A model generated the notes under the pieces. It saw only the letters and a program-made list of their open reading frames with translations, was not told where the DNA came from and searched no databases. DNA of 64,000 nt. Origin: Ascidiella aspersa. Its lineage: Eukaryota. Each line of letters begins with the position of its first letter. The stretch's first letter is position 1. The position numbers and the translations under genes are program-made. Below, one piece after another: positions 1-11,641 of this stretch. The stretch lies in the NCBI GenBank assembly GCA_963924565.1, contig OZ004614.1, positions 5,270,001 through 5,334,000 of the forward strand, written 5' to 3'.

Positions 1-170
1 TTGAAAGTCGTATAATGTCGCTCAATTACGATAAGAGTAGGAACTAGGCTCCGCACGAACTGAGGAATTGAATTCGATCATACAGACAGTTGTTTGACAT
101 TTCAGACAAATAAATATAAAGTTAAAGTCGATGTCATCTAGAATGGATGTTAATGCAAAATGCCAAATAA
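1..170 (+). repeat. Fragment of the 3' flank of the LDLa-GPCR duplication unit; suggests a further copy left of the window
   Basis: Near-identical to 15648-15819 and 23936-24106 (ttgaaagtcgtataatgtcg...gccaaataaa), then diverges abruptly. Confidence 0.85.
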
Positions 171-755
171 AACATATAAAAATTAGCAAACAAAAAATTA
201 CCATTGAGATTCTTACAAAAACAAATTGCCATTAAATTAAGCTGATTGTAAATAATTAAATGCAACTCCAGATAAAACATTGGTTTTCTAATTTAAGAAA
301 ACAAAAAATTATCTAATTTTATTTCTAATCCGATTTGGAAAAAACTACAATGATCTAAATCTAATCTACTTTAAAAAAGCTTAGGTAAATCTATTTATCC
401 AAGTCTGCTGGTACACCACCCCTTTTTTCCCATTTTTGTTTACTTTCGAATCATATTTGTGGACGCAAACTTGACGTCAGGACCGTTATTGCGTCACAAG
501 GAACTCATGTGGCAGCTATTTGCCCGTCTTCCAAACAAATAGACTACTAGAAAAATGTGTGTATGGTGAATCACAGTAGACATAATTTCACGGATATACG
601 GGCTCATTTTGGGAAAAATTTATTTAAAATCTATATCTATTTTTTCCAAATTAATATCTGTCTTTAAACATCGGCACATTTATGGTTTCGTAGCACATAC
701 TAACAAGGAATTTTATAGTCTAGCGCGTCACAACATTATGTCTCCGCCTCAACAG

Positions 756-934
756 GCAACTTCGACCAATCGGAGATGGAGGAGCACTGCATGACGTCAT
801 TCGCTGACGTATGCGCCGGCCGTGACGGCCGCATCACGTACGTGGAATTCACGGAGTACTATGAGGGTGTGAGCATCGCCATGAAGCGTGACGATGACTT
901 CGTGAACATGATGAAAAACTGCTGGGGCGTTTAA
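756..934 (+). CDS. CAPS2: Terminal coding exon of a calcyphosin-2-like EF-hand protein (possibly an orphan duplicated exon)
   Basis: Acceptor aacag|GC at 755/756. Reads (G)NFDQSEMEEHCMTSFADVCAGRDGRITYVEFTEYYEGVSIAMKRDDDFVNMMKNCWGV*, matching the calcyphosin C-terminal pattern (EF-hand DGxIxxxEFxxYYEGxSI...DFVN..W). No upstream exon seen in the window. Confidence 0.75.
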
Positions 935-3900
935 ATGAAAGGTTCTTGAAAGTTTTTTACCGCGGAAATCTAAAATTTTGTTTTTTGCTTTTTCAAAAGG
1001 GCGTCATACGTTGACGTCACAATGCAAAAAGACTCCATAAATTCGGTCCAAAAAATGTACAATGAAATGGACACAACATACAGCGCAAAACCGTTTATTT
1101 TTTAATTAAACTGTTTCCTTTGAAAAGTCCATTACTTTCTAGAAACATTTTCATTGGGCCTTGATGGACATCTTAAAACTACCTGGTTTAGATAAAAGGT
1201 TCGGGCAAAGGAATCCTAAGCATGCTGTATTTTACATCACATTTTTTTTCTTAAACTATTTTTTGTTTTCTCTACTGTTACTCCATATTTTTCTGTTTTC
1301 CTTTAAAAACACAGTTTTGGTAATTGTTTTTCTTATAATCTTAACAATTTTCAGGTCATTATTTTATTTTGTTGGCTATTCTTTCAAAAGCTGTCCAAAG
1401 GTATCAAACTTTGTGTATTAAAAGTTTTTTTCGCCTAATTTTGCTTGATAAACTTCCCTTACAACTAGGTTGGCGAACCATGTGGCCGGATCAGTAAGGA
1501 AACGACAACCGTCGTATGTTGTAAAGCATGGTTTATGATTGCCAGCATTTGGGGCAACAATATAGTTCAGCTTTTCTGAACTTGACAACCATGACTGACC
1601 ATTTGTGGTTTGTGGTTGCATTTTTACCGTATTTCTGCAGCAAAATACCTTGGTGCACTTTAACATCGATAAATCTATAATCCGACTGGGAAATTGATCA
1701 GCGACTAAACAAATCACGTAAAAAATCCACAATCGTATGCGCTCCTGTGCTGGTGGTGTTTCTTAAATGCAAATATTAGAATTTTGATTGCGAATAATTT
1801 GGGCTCCGCATTATCTTTAAGTTACTACGGAAAGGCCTTAAACAAAAGCAACATTTATATCGTATCCCATGGCTTTCATTTAATAGCAAATAAACTTTTG
1901 ATAGTTCCACTCGTTTATGTTTTGTATTTACTGGGCAATTGTTGTTGACTTTCATCCTAACTGTTATATAGCGCGCAGTTTTTAACCGATAATATTTTTA
2001 ACGGCAATATTTTATCGCTTTTTGTGCTTTACTTGTCCGATGCAAGTGCGGATTGTTTCACATTCGGTTTCTTCAGTGTACTGTAGATTATACTTTTTTG
2101 TCTTTAAAATCATTGCTTTTTACCAAATACATTTGGTACCAGCCAAAAAAAAAACGGTACGACTTTTGTTCTTTACCAGTAATAATTCCACAAAAAGTTG
2201 TGGTTAGCTTTTAAAACAGTTTATTTGTTGCTATCAATAGCACACGAAAAGATCAGCCTAAAAACGAAAGTTATAAAAAATCACAAAGCGAGAAGGCTGT
2301 TTTTATAGAAACTTTGTCACGTACCTTTTTTATTGGCCGACTTGCAAAATAAATGTTTTTTTCTCTTTCGACGAACTTTTCATGACATATTCAGACACTG
2401 ATTAGCTCCTCTAAACATTAAAACATTGACGAAACACTACCTGGTATTTTTGTACTCTGTATGTAGCATTCTTCTTTACCGGAGTGTTAACAATGCGTAA
2501 CGAACCGCCGCCCATAAGTGTACAAACATTGTAAACAACAGTAAAATGAAAGCATCCGTCCAAAACAGTTGTTTTTAACTGGCGGCGCCCAACAATTTTC
2601 AAGGGGGTGCGAGCTCTACTCTAATATTTGAATTTTTATAATGATTTTATTGGTTCCATGTTGCGTTTGTTGTTAAATTTGCTTTCATGCTGTCCTATGC
2701 TTCGGATCAAAATTACGCTTGTGTAGATATAAACTGAAGAAAAACGGTTCATAATTTTGCGATTTGCGAACTTTATTTCGCTAATATGTGTTAATAGTTT
2801 CTTGTTTTTTGGGCAATATTTGCTACTTATTACGACCGATTTAGGAAGTTTTTAATCACAACAATATATTTAATCAATTTAAGTCAACAATTCTTATCAA
2901 AACTTGGTGGTTGACGAACGCAGAAAGCGGACGTAATTCCACACGATTATGAATTATCAACAAAACAAAACTGCAAAAATGTATTGTGGGTGGTGTGTAT
3001 TAGGTTGCGGAAAATGTACAAGTTGTGTGAAAGTTGAATATCTGGATTGCGCTGATCGCTGCTAATTTTGTTTGTTCTTCTATGTAACAAGCAGCATAAT
3101 AAAAAAAAACGTTTGCTCTTTTAAACTTATTTGAAAATGAATTATTTTTCAATCAATTTCAAGGTTTATCTTAGTTGTAAATTAAACGAAAAGAAAAACA
3201 AATTCGCTTTACGCAGCTAAAAATGGGTTGGGGGCGTACAATGTAATTCGTTGATATACCTATGAAGTACATTCCAGTGCATCATATACTATAATTAAGC
3301 CTGCAATGTGTATTAACCTCATATGGCTTCTTTATGTGAGCGTTAGCACAGATCAACAAGCTTCCCATAAAAGGCCTGGCGGTGCCTTCGGGCATCGTCC
3401 ATAAATAACTGGCAGTTGCATATTTGCTGTTGAACTAACGACGGCATGAAATAGGCTGCCAGGTTCTGATTTGAGGGGACAATTACATACGAGTGTACAG
3501 TAGCCGATGCCTGATTACAATTGTATTTTATTTTCGTCCCAGATTCAAAAAAAAGTCAGGTAAACGTCTTGTGGCAAAGAAGACAGTTTAAATATAACGA
3601 TGCTGGTACAGATACAAGGCAACTGTAGCTGCGGAATTACACCCAAAGTAAAACGATATGGGCTATATAAAAATATAGTTTCATTGCAAGAATATTTGTT
3701 GTTCCTAATGTTGACAAAACTCAAACAAGAAAATTTGAAGACGTATGTAGTTTTGTAGGTTTATACGCTCAATACATATTATTTCAGGTTGGTGGCAGAA
3801 ACTAAAATTGACGTCTTTCACTCTTTTATAACGCAGATTTGCAGTTTTCAGTTAATAATCTCACAAAATGCATACAGCTTTATTAAACAATGTGTCTTTA

Positions 3901-5136
3901 GTAAACAATGTGTAAACGTTTCACACAACTAAATATGGGTAGCCGCACTTACACTGTGCCCCATTTTTATCAATGGGGTTTAGGATTTAAATAATTAAAA
4001 TAAAGCAATCCTGGGTTTAGAAAAGTCGAAGCCGCCAATTTTAGCTTGTAATAAACAGCATCTCAGAACCAACGTGCGTGGTATACTTTAGAAGTATAAT
4101 AGTTGGAAAGGACATAAGAACAAAATGGATGTTTTTCAGTTTAAGTAGTTTATGTTAATGTAAGAAATGTTGGCTCTAAGGTTGTTACTTCGCCTAGCTA
4201 CATTTTGACAGCCGCTCTTAAGACTGTGATTACAGGGCGAGCGGATATGTCAGTAATACGCATAACACACATCGACACGTTCATAGTCTGTTGTTCATTA
4301 TCTCTGCGCGTGGTGCATCCGTATTGAATGACACTTTAATCAATTAATAATCTGTAGCGTACAACAGCTTGGTGTTGTAAAGGGGATGTGTATAAAACTG
4401 TTGTTTGTTCAATTCTGTCGCGCCTGCAATAAACGTGATACAAACGATACATGTCCTGTCGAAACCAAGCGGATTCATTGCTCGATATAGCGGTATAGCG
4501 TAGATAGCGCAATACAATTTTAAATCGAGGAGGACATGGTATGGAAACTTGTAGAGATTAATTTCCACTGTGAAACTGTTTTAAAAGTATATTGCTGTTT
4601 TAAAGCTTGAAATAACTATCAAAGCACATTATAACATGTATACCGCATTATGTAAACGTTCAAAGAAAGTTTTATGCAATTTTAGGCCGTAATGGTTATG
4701 CTGTAAATAATTAATAAGATAATATCAAAACAACCATAGGGACGGATTCTTGTCTGCAACTAAAATGAATATTTTTTCTTCACAAAAGTTCGTTGTCAAA
4801 AAGTTAGCTCTTTTTATGTTTTAATTGAATTAGAGGGGTCAAAACTTTTTACAGTTGCTTCTTACAAAGAATGTGGCATAGGCCTACATAAGAATTTGCA
4901 TTTTGGCATTTATTTCGTTACAATTGCCTAGAAGTTTGCTATTCGATTTGAAAAAGCTTGGCAATAAAAGTGATAATCCAACAATAGTAGAATGACACCA
5001 AACAGTAGGTCGCTATTCTTCTGAGCAGAGTCTGCTTTAACACTTCACATTTATTTTCAATAGCAGGAAGGCTAAACTAATAGGTAGCTAAACAAGCACT
5101 TACGAATAGTAATTCCGGATAACTTTTAAAATTTAA

Positions 5137-8100
5137 ATGGAGATCATAACTGTGGAAGCTGTGCTGATAGCTGCTTTGTCGAGCCTCTACATACCAGCAA
5201 CCTGCAGCCCTTCAGTCGACACCAATACAAGGTTAGATGACAAGCACGATTGTCCTATCAGTTGCACTTGGCGACAGGAAACTTGCATCACTGAAGCCCA
5301 GATGTGCGACGGCGAACCCGATTGCGCTTATGAAGACGAGAAGTATTGCGTTGAGTGCAAGAACGACGCGTTGTTGTGCGGGACGGCGTGTATCTCTCAA
5401 GCCAATATCTGCTCAGAGTTTTACGGAGTCGACAAATCTCAATGCGTCGGTCGCACAGACGCACTGAAATGCGCGAACACATGCCCGAGTGGATGGTGGT
5501 CGTGTCAGTCAGGTAACAACACTTGCATTGCTCACAGTTTGGTTTGTGACGACAGGACAGACTGCGACGACGGCAGCGACGAGTCAAACTGCGAAACTTG
5601 CCCCGACGATCGGCCCTGGAAGTGCGTCAGCGGAAGTCGGTGCATAAATCAAAGTCGTGTTTGCGACGGTAACGCGAACTGTAGTGACAGAAGCGATGAG
5701 ACCAACTGCACGATTTGCCCCAAAGCTCGGCCCTGGAAGTGCAAATTTGGAACTAAATGTATCGCCCAAAAACAGGTTTGCGACGGCGTAGAGGAATGCG
5801 AAAACGGTGGCGATGAATTGGATTGCACAAACTGCCCGGATAAACGATCATGGAAGTGTAAGACGGGAACCCGATGTATCGATGCAAGTTTGGTTTGCGA
5901 CGGCACCTTTAATTGCGAGGACCGTAGTGACGAGTCGAACTGCACAAGCTGCCCCCAAGATCGACCTTGGAAGTGTACAGACACAACTAGCAAGTGTATT
6001 CGCGAAAGTAAGTTGTGCGACGGCGAACATGACTGCAGCGACGAAAGCGACGAGTCGAACTGCACAACTTGCGCCAAAACAGCGTGGAAATGCAAATCGG
6101 AAAACAAGTGCATCAAGCGAACAGCTGTTTGCGACCTCATTCCAGACTGCGCCGACTCGAGCGACGAAAACTGCAAAAAAAATTGTCCGGAAGGCGAGTT
6201 TCGGTGCTTGGACGGAAGCAACTGTATTCCGAACGAGTGGAAATGCGGTGGCAGGTTCTGTTTGGACAACAGCGGCAGGCGAAACTGCACCTGCAAGAAC
6301 TACGAGAAAATGTGCGAGTGCTTGGACGGAAGCATTTGTCCGCCCACCGGCCAATGTGTTTTCGATAAATTTCTGGCCGACGGCTACAAGCACTGCCATG
6401 GCGGAGAGGACGAACCGTGTGAAAACATCGCCGAGGGAGTAATGCTCTGTTCCGACGCTAGACACAAAAACATCCTGCAGTCATTTCAGAACTACAGAAA
6501 CTCTACCTGCTGCAAGATCCACCGATCGCAACGGGATAACCGAGATGAGGTGGTGGTAACTAGAAGTTGGCTGTGCGTTAAAACTGGAGATTGCCGCTCC
6601 TATTACTTTTGTAACGAGAACAGAGCGCTTCCCACTTGGCACTTCTGTAGCAACCACTTCGATCCAGAGTGCAAGGATTCGATCAGCGGCTTCGGGTTCA
6701 AGTGCGCCGGACCCAGCAACACGGGAGTGTGCATTTTGCCTCAAATCAATCTCTACGACAACACGGCGCAGTGCTTAGACGAGTCAGATCTATGTTTCGT
6801 CGATGGCAAGTTCAAATGCTTCCTGTGCTTGGACAAGCGACTCGTCATATCGCAAAGCCAGGTTTGCGACGGGGTGGTCGACTGCTACGATCTTTCCGAC
6901 GAGTGCTTGTGCGGAAATCAAACGGTTTGCGACGATATCCTGGGCAACGCTAGGGACACTTGCCCTTCCAATCAAATGCACTGCCGCAACGAAACGGACT
7001 GCGTTGATATGGACAGAGTGCTGTGCAACGAGAGCACAAACTGCGAAAGCAATTCCACACGGCAGCGATGTCACCACGGTTTGCAAGATATAAGCGGGGG
7101 GAATGAAACAGTGACTTGCTACAACACCGCATTCAACAACACGCGCAAATTGGTGCGAGCGGTGAAATGCGATGGAAGGCCCGAATGCTGGGATTTGTCG
7201 GACGAATGTTCCGGCTGCCAAAGTCCTCCAGCCTTGTGTAACGACTCGTGTGTTGTCGTTAAATCGCAATCCGGACCGGTGTGTCTCGGATCGCCCAAAC
7301 TCGCCGGGCCTTTCATATGCGCCATTAATGAAACGCTTCTCTGCCCAAAGCGCTACATATGCTCCAACGGTGACCTCACGAGCATTGACGTCAATCTCTT
7401 TTGTGACGGCATAGCAGACTGCGACGACGGCTCCGACGAACTCGAAACGCGTTGCAACGCGACACGGTTTTATTGCCGCAACAAGAAGCCGATTTCCGTG
7501 GCAAAGAAATTCGTTGAAGACGGATTCAAGCAATGTTCGGACGGAAGTGACGAATGCCCGGCTGTCAGTAAGCGAAACTCGATCTTTTCCAATCAAAAGG
7601 AAATGATCGCGAACCCCTTTTTCAGGGCTTGCTTTTGGATTATGGGAAGTTTAGCTTGCGTGTTTAACCTGCTAGTTTTTGGCACCACCTTTAAAGAATT
7701 TTTTCTCCATCGTGATGATAACAACGTGCTGAAAGAAAGCACACACGTTTTTATAATGAGTCTGTCGGCTGCTGACTTTATGATCGGTTGTTATCTGCTT
7801 GCAATCGCTGTCAAGGGCCTTCAGTTTTCGGGTGATTACTGTTCGGTGGATGCTGCTTGGCGCACAAGTTCGACTTGTGCCGGGTTGGGATTTACACTGG
7901 TAGCAGCTTCCCAAATCAGCGCGTTCACAATGACAGCAATGACCGCCTTTCGCCTCTACACTGTGTGCAACCCATTTAACTCCAGATCGCTTAAAATGAA
8001 GTGGGTCTATTTGAGCTGCGTTAGTTGCTGGGTTTTAGGTTTTCTTTTAGCCGCTATTCCGTTGTTTCACTATTCGTCTGGTTATTTTGTTGCCTACGTT

Positions 8101-8727
8101 TGGTTTTCGTCTAGATTTTTTCGATCGGACACAATATCTTCTTACGCCATGTTTCAACTGGCGCACAGAATACAACGCAACTTAACCAACCCCACTTGGT
8201 TTGACGTGACACGGCTGATAGGCAAGACCTTTCCCAACCTTCCAATAACTGGCATCTTTGGTTATTATGGCGAAACTAGTGTTTGCATGCCCAGACTCTT
8301 CGTTTCTGTTAACGACCCTTCCTGGCAGTACTCTGTGCTTCTTATCACGCTTAACTTTACCATGTTTATTTTCATGCTTGTTTCGTATGTTATGATTTAT
8401 ATACAAAGCAACAAAATGAGCAAAGCAAGACAGAGTCAAGTGAATAGCAATATGCAAAAACGTATCTCTCGTTTGCTTATTACTGATTTTTGTTGCTGGA
8501 TCCCGCTGTGCGTTTGCGGTTTCTTGGCGGTAGCTGGTGTTCCCCTTACTAACGATGTTTACATTATCAGTGCTGGTATTTTGTTGCCCATCAACAGTGC
8601 TTTAAACCCGCTGCTATACTCCACGTTTCTAAAACAAATGTTCACTCGAATTAAAAAGCGTGCGAGCTCTCATAGTCAAAAGACTACCAGGCAAACTGAA
8701 ATGGGTGTAGTTGGCACACATAGCTAA
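5137..8727 (+). CDS. LDLa-repeat GPCR (GRL101/RXFP-like 7TM, no LRR), copy 1, intact, intronless, 1196 aa
   Basis: Signal peptide; ~15-16 LDLa-like modules (CD..DC.D.SDE..C); hinge SIFSNQKEMIANPFFRACFWIMG; TM2 SLSAADFMIGCYL; TM6 TDFCCWIP; TM7 LPINSALNPLLY. Confidence 0.93.
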   Translation: MEIITVEAVLIAALSSLYIPATCSPSVDTNTRLDDKHDCPISCTWRQETCITEAQMCDGEPDCAYEDEKYCVECKNDALLCGTACISQANICSEFYGVDKSQCVGRTDALKCANTCPSGWWSCQSGNNTCIAHSLVCDDRTDCDDGSDESNCETCPDDRPWKCVSGSRCINQSRVCDGNANCSDRSDETNCTICPKARPWKCKFGTKCIAQKQVCDGVEECENGGDELDCTNCPDKRSWKCKTGTRCIDASLVCDGTFNCEDRSDESNCTSCPQDRPWKCTDTTSKCIRESKLCDGEHDCSDESDESNCTTCAKTAWKCKSENKCIKRTAVCDLIPDCADSSDENCKKNCPEGEFRCLDGSNCIPNEWKCGGRFCLDNSGRRNCTCKNYEKMCECLDGSICPPTGQCVFDKFLADGYKHCHGGEDEPCENIAEGVMLCSDARHKNILQSFQNYRNSTCCKIHRSQRDNRDEVVVTRSWLCVKTGDCRSYYFCNENRALPTWHFCSNHFDPECKDSISGFGFKCAGPSNTGVCILPQINLYDNTAQCLDESDLCFVDGKFKCFLCLDKRLVISQSQVCDGVVDCYDLSDECLCGNQTVCDDILGNARDTCPSNQMHCRNETDCVDMDRVLCNESTNCESNSTRQRCHHGLQDISGGNETVTCYNTAFNNTRKLVRAVKCDGRPECWDLSDECSGCQSPPALCNDSCVVVKSQSGPVCLGSPKLAGPFICAINETLLCPKRYICSNGDLTSIDVNLFCDGIADCDDGSDELETRCNATRFYCRNKKPISVAKKFVEDGFKQCSDGSDECPAVSKRNSIFSNQKEMIANPFFRACFWIMGSLACVFNLLVFGTTFKEFFLHRDDNNVLKESTHVFIMSLSAADFMIGCYLLAIAVKGLQFSGDYCSVDAAWRTSSTCAGLGFTLVAASQISAFTMTAMTAFRLYTVCNPFNSRSLKMKWVYLSCVSCWVLGFLLAAIPLFHYSSGYFVAYVWFSSRFFRSDTISSYAMFQLAHRIQRNLTNPTWFDVTRLIGKTFPNLPITGIFGYYGETSVCMPRLFVSVNDPSWQYSVLLITLNFTMFIFMLVSYVMIYIQSNKMSKARQSQVNSNMQKRISRLLITDFCCWIPLCVCGFLAVAGVPLTNDVYIISAGILLPINSALNPLLYSTFLKQMFTRIKKRASSHSQKTTRQTEMGVVGTHS

Positions 8728-11641
8728 ATTTATTTTTCACGTTTTGTCAAAAGTATATTTTTAGGGGTTATTTTTTGACGTCACTGTATGTTATTTATTA
8801 TCTGTATAAAAAAACCTTGTAATGTCCAACATAATGTTAAACTTTCCCATTATCTCCGTTTGGTTTATACTGCGTCGAAGTTTTCGTGCGTCGTAATGTT
8901 ATTGATCCCCTAAGTCGCATAAATATATGCATATATTTATTTATATTTGTTCTATACACGAATCAAGTATAATCCATTGTGTAACTTTCCATATACTTGT
9001 GGTTTGGTTGGTTTTCTTCTCTTCTCCGTATTTGTAATTTTAAACACAAAGTTTGTTCACAAGATATCTCTTCTGAATTGGTAAATATAGTACAAAACGC
9101 GCAACATATAGCATTGAGTTTGGTAAGGTTGCCGTTAATAGCTGGCAGCTTTGATGTTTAACAAAAAGTGAAAATGTTTAATATCTTTATGAGAAATTAC
9201 TTACATGACGATAATCAAGGATACAGCGTCTTGGTTAATTCGCCTTAAAAGCCCATGCAATGCCGCTTATTCACCTTAAGAGCCGGCCCAGTTCTAGGCT
9301 CGGCACCAACTGACGAACTGAATTCGACTGAATTGACAGTTGTTTAACACTTCAGAAAAATAAATATGGAGATAATATCGATGTCATCTAAACTGGAAAT
9401 TAATGCAGACTGGCCAATTAAAAGTGGCTTTTGACACAGCCAATTATAATTGTATTTGAAATATTTCAAAAATATTTTGTTTTCTTTGTATCTGTAGTAA
9501 GACGTTTGCTTACTCGCTAAACCAGGGTTGTCATGGGCAACCTTCTTCAACCTATAGCTGCTTGTGGTCCATGTAACAAGCAGCATAATAAAAAAAAAAA
9601 AAAAACATTTGCTCTTTTAAACTTATTTGAAAATGAATTATTTTTCAATTTCAATGTTTATCTTAGTTGTAAATTAAACGAAAAGAAAAACAAATTCGCT
9701 TTACGCAGCTAAAAATGGGTTGGGGGCGTACAATGTAATTCGTTGATATACCTATGAAGTACATTCCAGTGCATGATATACTATAATTAAGCCTGCAATG
9801 TGTATTAACCTCATATGGCTTCTCTATGTGAGCGTTAGCACAGTTCAACAAGCTTCCCATAAAAGGCCTGGCGGTGCCTTCGGGCATCGTCCATAAATAA
9901 CTGGCAGTTGCATCTTTGCTGTTGAACTAACGACAGCATGAAATAGGCTGCCAGGTTCTGTTTTGAGGGGACAATTACATACGAGTGTACAGTAGCCGAT
10001 GCCTGATTACAATTGTATTTTATTTTCGTCCCAGATTCAGCCTATTTAGTTTGAAAAAGTCAGGTAAACGTCTTGTGGCAAAGAAGACAGTTTAAATATA
10101 ACGATGCTGGTACAGATACAAGGCAACTGTAGCTGAGGAATTACACCCAAAGTAAAACGATATGGGCTATATAAAAATATAGTTTCATTGCAAGAATATT
10201 TGTTGTTCCTAATGTTGACAAAACTCAAACAAGAAAATTTGAAGACGTATGTAGTTTTGTAGGTTTATACGCTCAATACATATTATTTCAGGTTGGTGGC
10301 AGAAACTAAAATTGACGTCTTTCACTCTTTTATAACGCAGATTTGCAGTTTTCAGTTAATAATCTCACAAAATGCATACAGCTTTATTAAACAATGTGTC
10401 ATTAGTAAACAATGTGTAAACGTTTCACACAACTAAATCTGGGTAGCCGCACTTACACTGTGCCCCATTTTTATCAATGGGGTTTAGGATTTAAATAATT
10501 AAAATAAAGCAATCCTGGGTTTAGAAAAGTCGAAGCCGCCAATTTTAGCTTGTAATAAACAGCATCTCAGAACCAACGTGCGTGGCATACTTTAGAAGTA
10601 TAATAGTTGGAAAGGACATAAGAACAAAATGAATGTTTTTCAGTTTAAGTAGTTTATAGTTAATGTAAGAAATGTTGGCTTAAAGGTTGTTACTTCGCCT
10701 AGCTACTTTTTGACAGCGGCTCTTAAGACTGTGATTACAGGGCGAGCGGATATGTCAGTAATACGCAAAACACACATCGACACGTTCATAGTCTGTTGTT
10801 CGTTATCTCTGCGCGTGGTGCATCCGTATTGAATGACACTTTAATCAATGAAAAATCTGTAGCGTACAACAGCTTGGTGTTGTAAAGGGGGTGTGTATAA
10901 AACTGTTGTTTGTTCAATTCTGTCGCGCCTGCAATGAACGTGATACAAACGATACATGTCCTGTCGAAACCAAGCATATTCATTGCTCGATATAGCGGTA
11001 TAGCGTAGAAAGCGCAATACAATTTTAAATCGAGGAGGACATGGTATGGAAACTTGTAGAGATTAATTTCCACTGTGAAACTGTTTTAAAATTATATTGC
11101 TGTTTTAAAGCTTGAAATAACTATCAAAGCACATTATAACATGTATACCGCATTATGTAAACGTTCAAAGAAAGTTTTATGCAATTTTAGGCCGTAATGG
11201 TTATGCTGTAAATAATTAATAAGATAAAATCAAAACAATCATAGGGACGGATTCTTGTCTGCAACTAAAATGAATATTTTTTCTTCACAAAAGTTCGTTG
11301 TCAAAAAGTTAACTCTTTTTATGTTTTAATTGAATTAGAGGGGTCAAAACTTTTTACAGTTGCTTCTTACGAAGAATGCGGCATAGGCCTACATAAGAAT
11401 TTGCATTTTGGCATTTATTTCGTTACAATTGCCTAGAAGTTTGCTATTCGATTTTAAAAAGCTTGGCAATAAAAGTGATAATCCAACAATAGTAGAATGA
11501 CACCAAACAGTAGGTCGCCATTCTTCTGAGCAGAGTCTGCTTTAACACTTCACATTTATTTTCAATAGCAGGAAGGCTAAACTAATAGGTAGCTAAACAA
11601 GCACTTACGAATGGTAATTCCGGATAACGTTTAAAATTTAA

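Noticed and set aside
1161-1421. Hydrophobic 86-aa ORF
   Set aside because: TTG start in T-rich DNA downstream of the CAPS2-like exon; the hydrophobicity is compositional.
4344-4568. Repeated short spacer ORFs (MEINLYKF..., MPEGTARP..., MQYSILTSK...)
   Set aside because: They recur only because the spacer is duplicated; starts and lengths are inconsistent and no domain is recognisable.
5237-7596. Long overlapping antisense and alternate-frame ORFs in the receptor genes (also in copies 2-5)
   Set aside because: Shadows of GC-rich, Cys/Asp-biased codons; no independent protein features.
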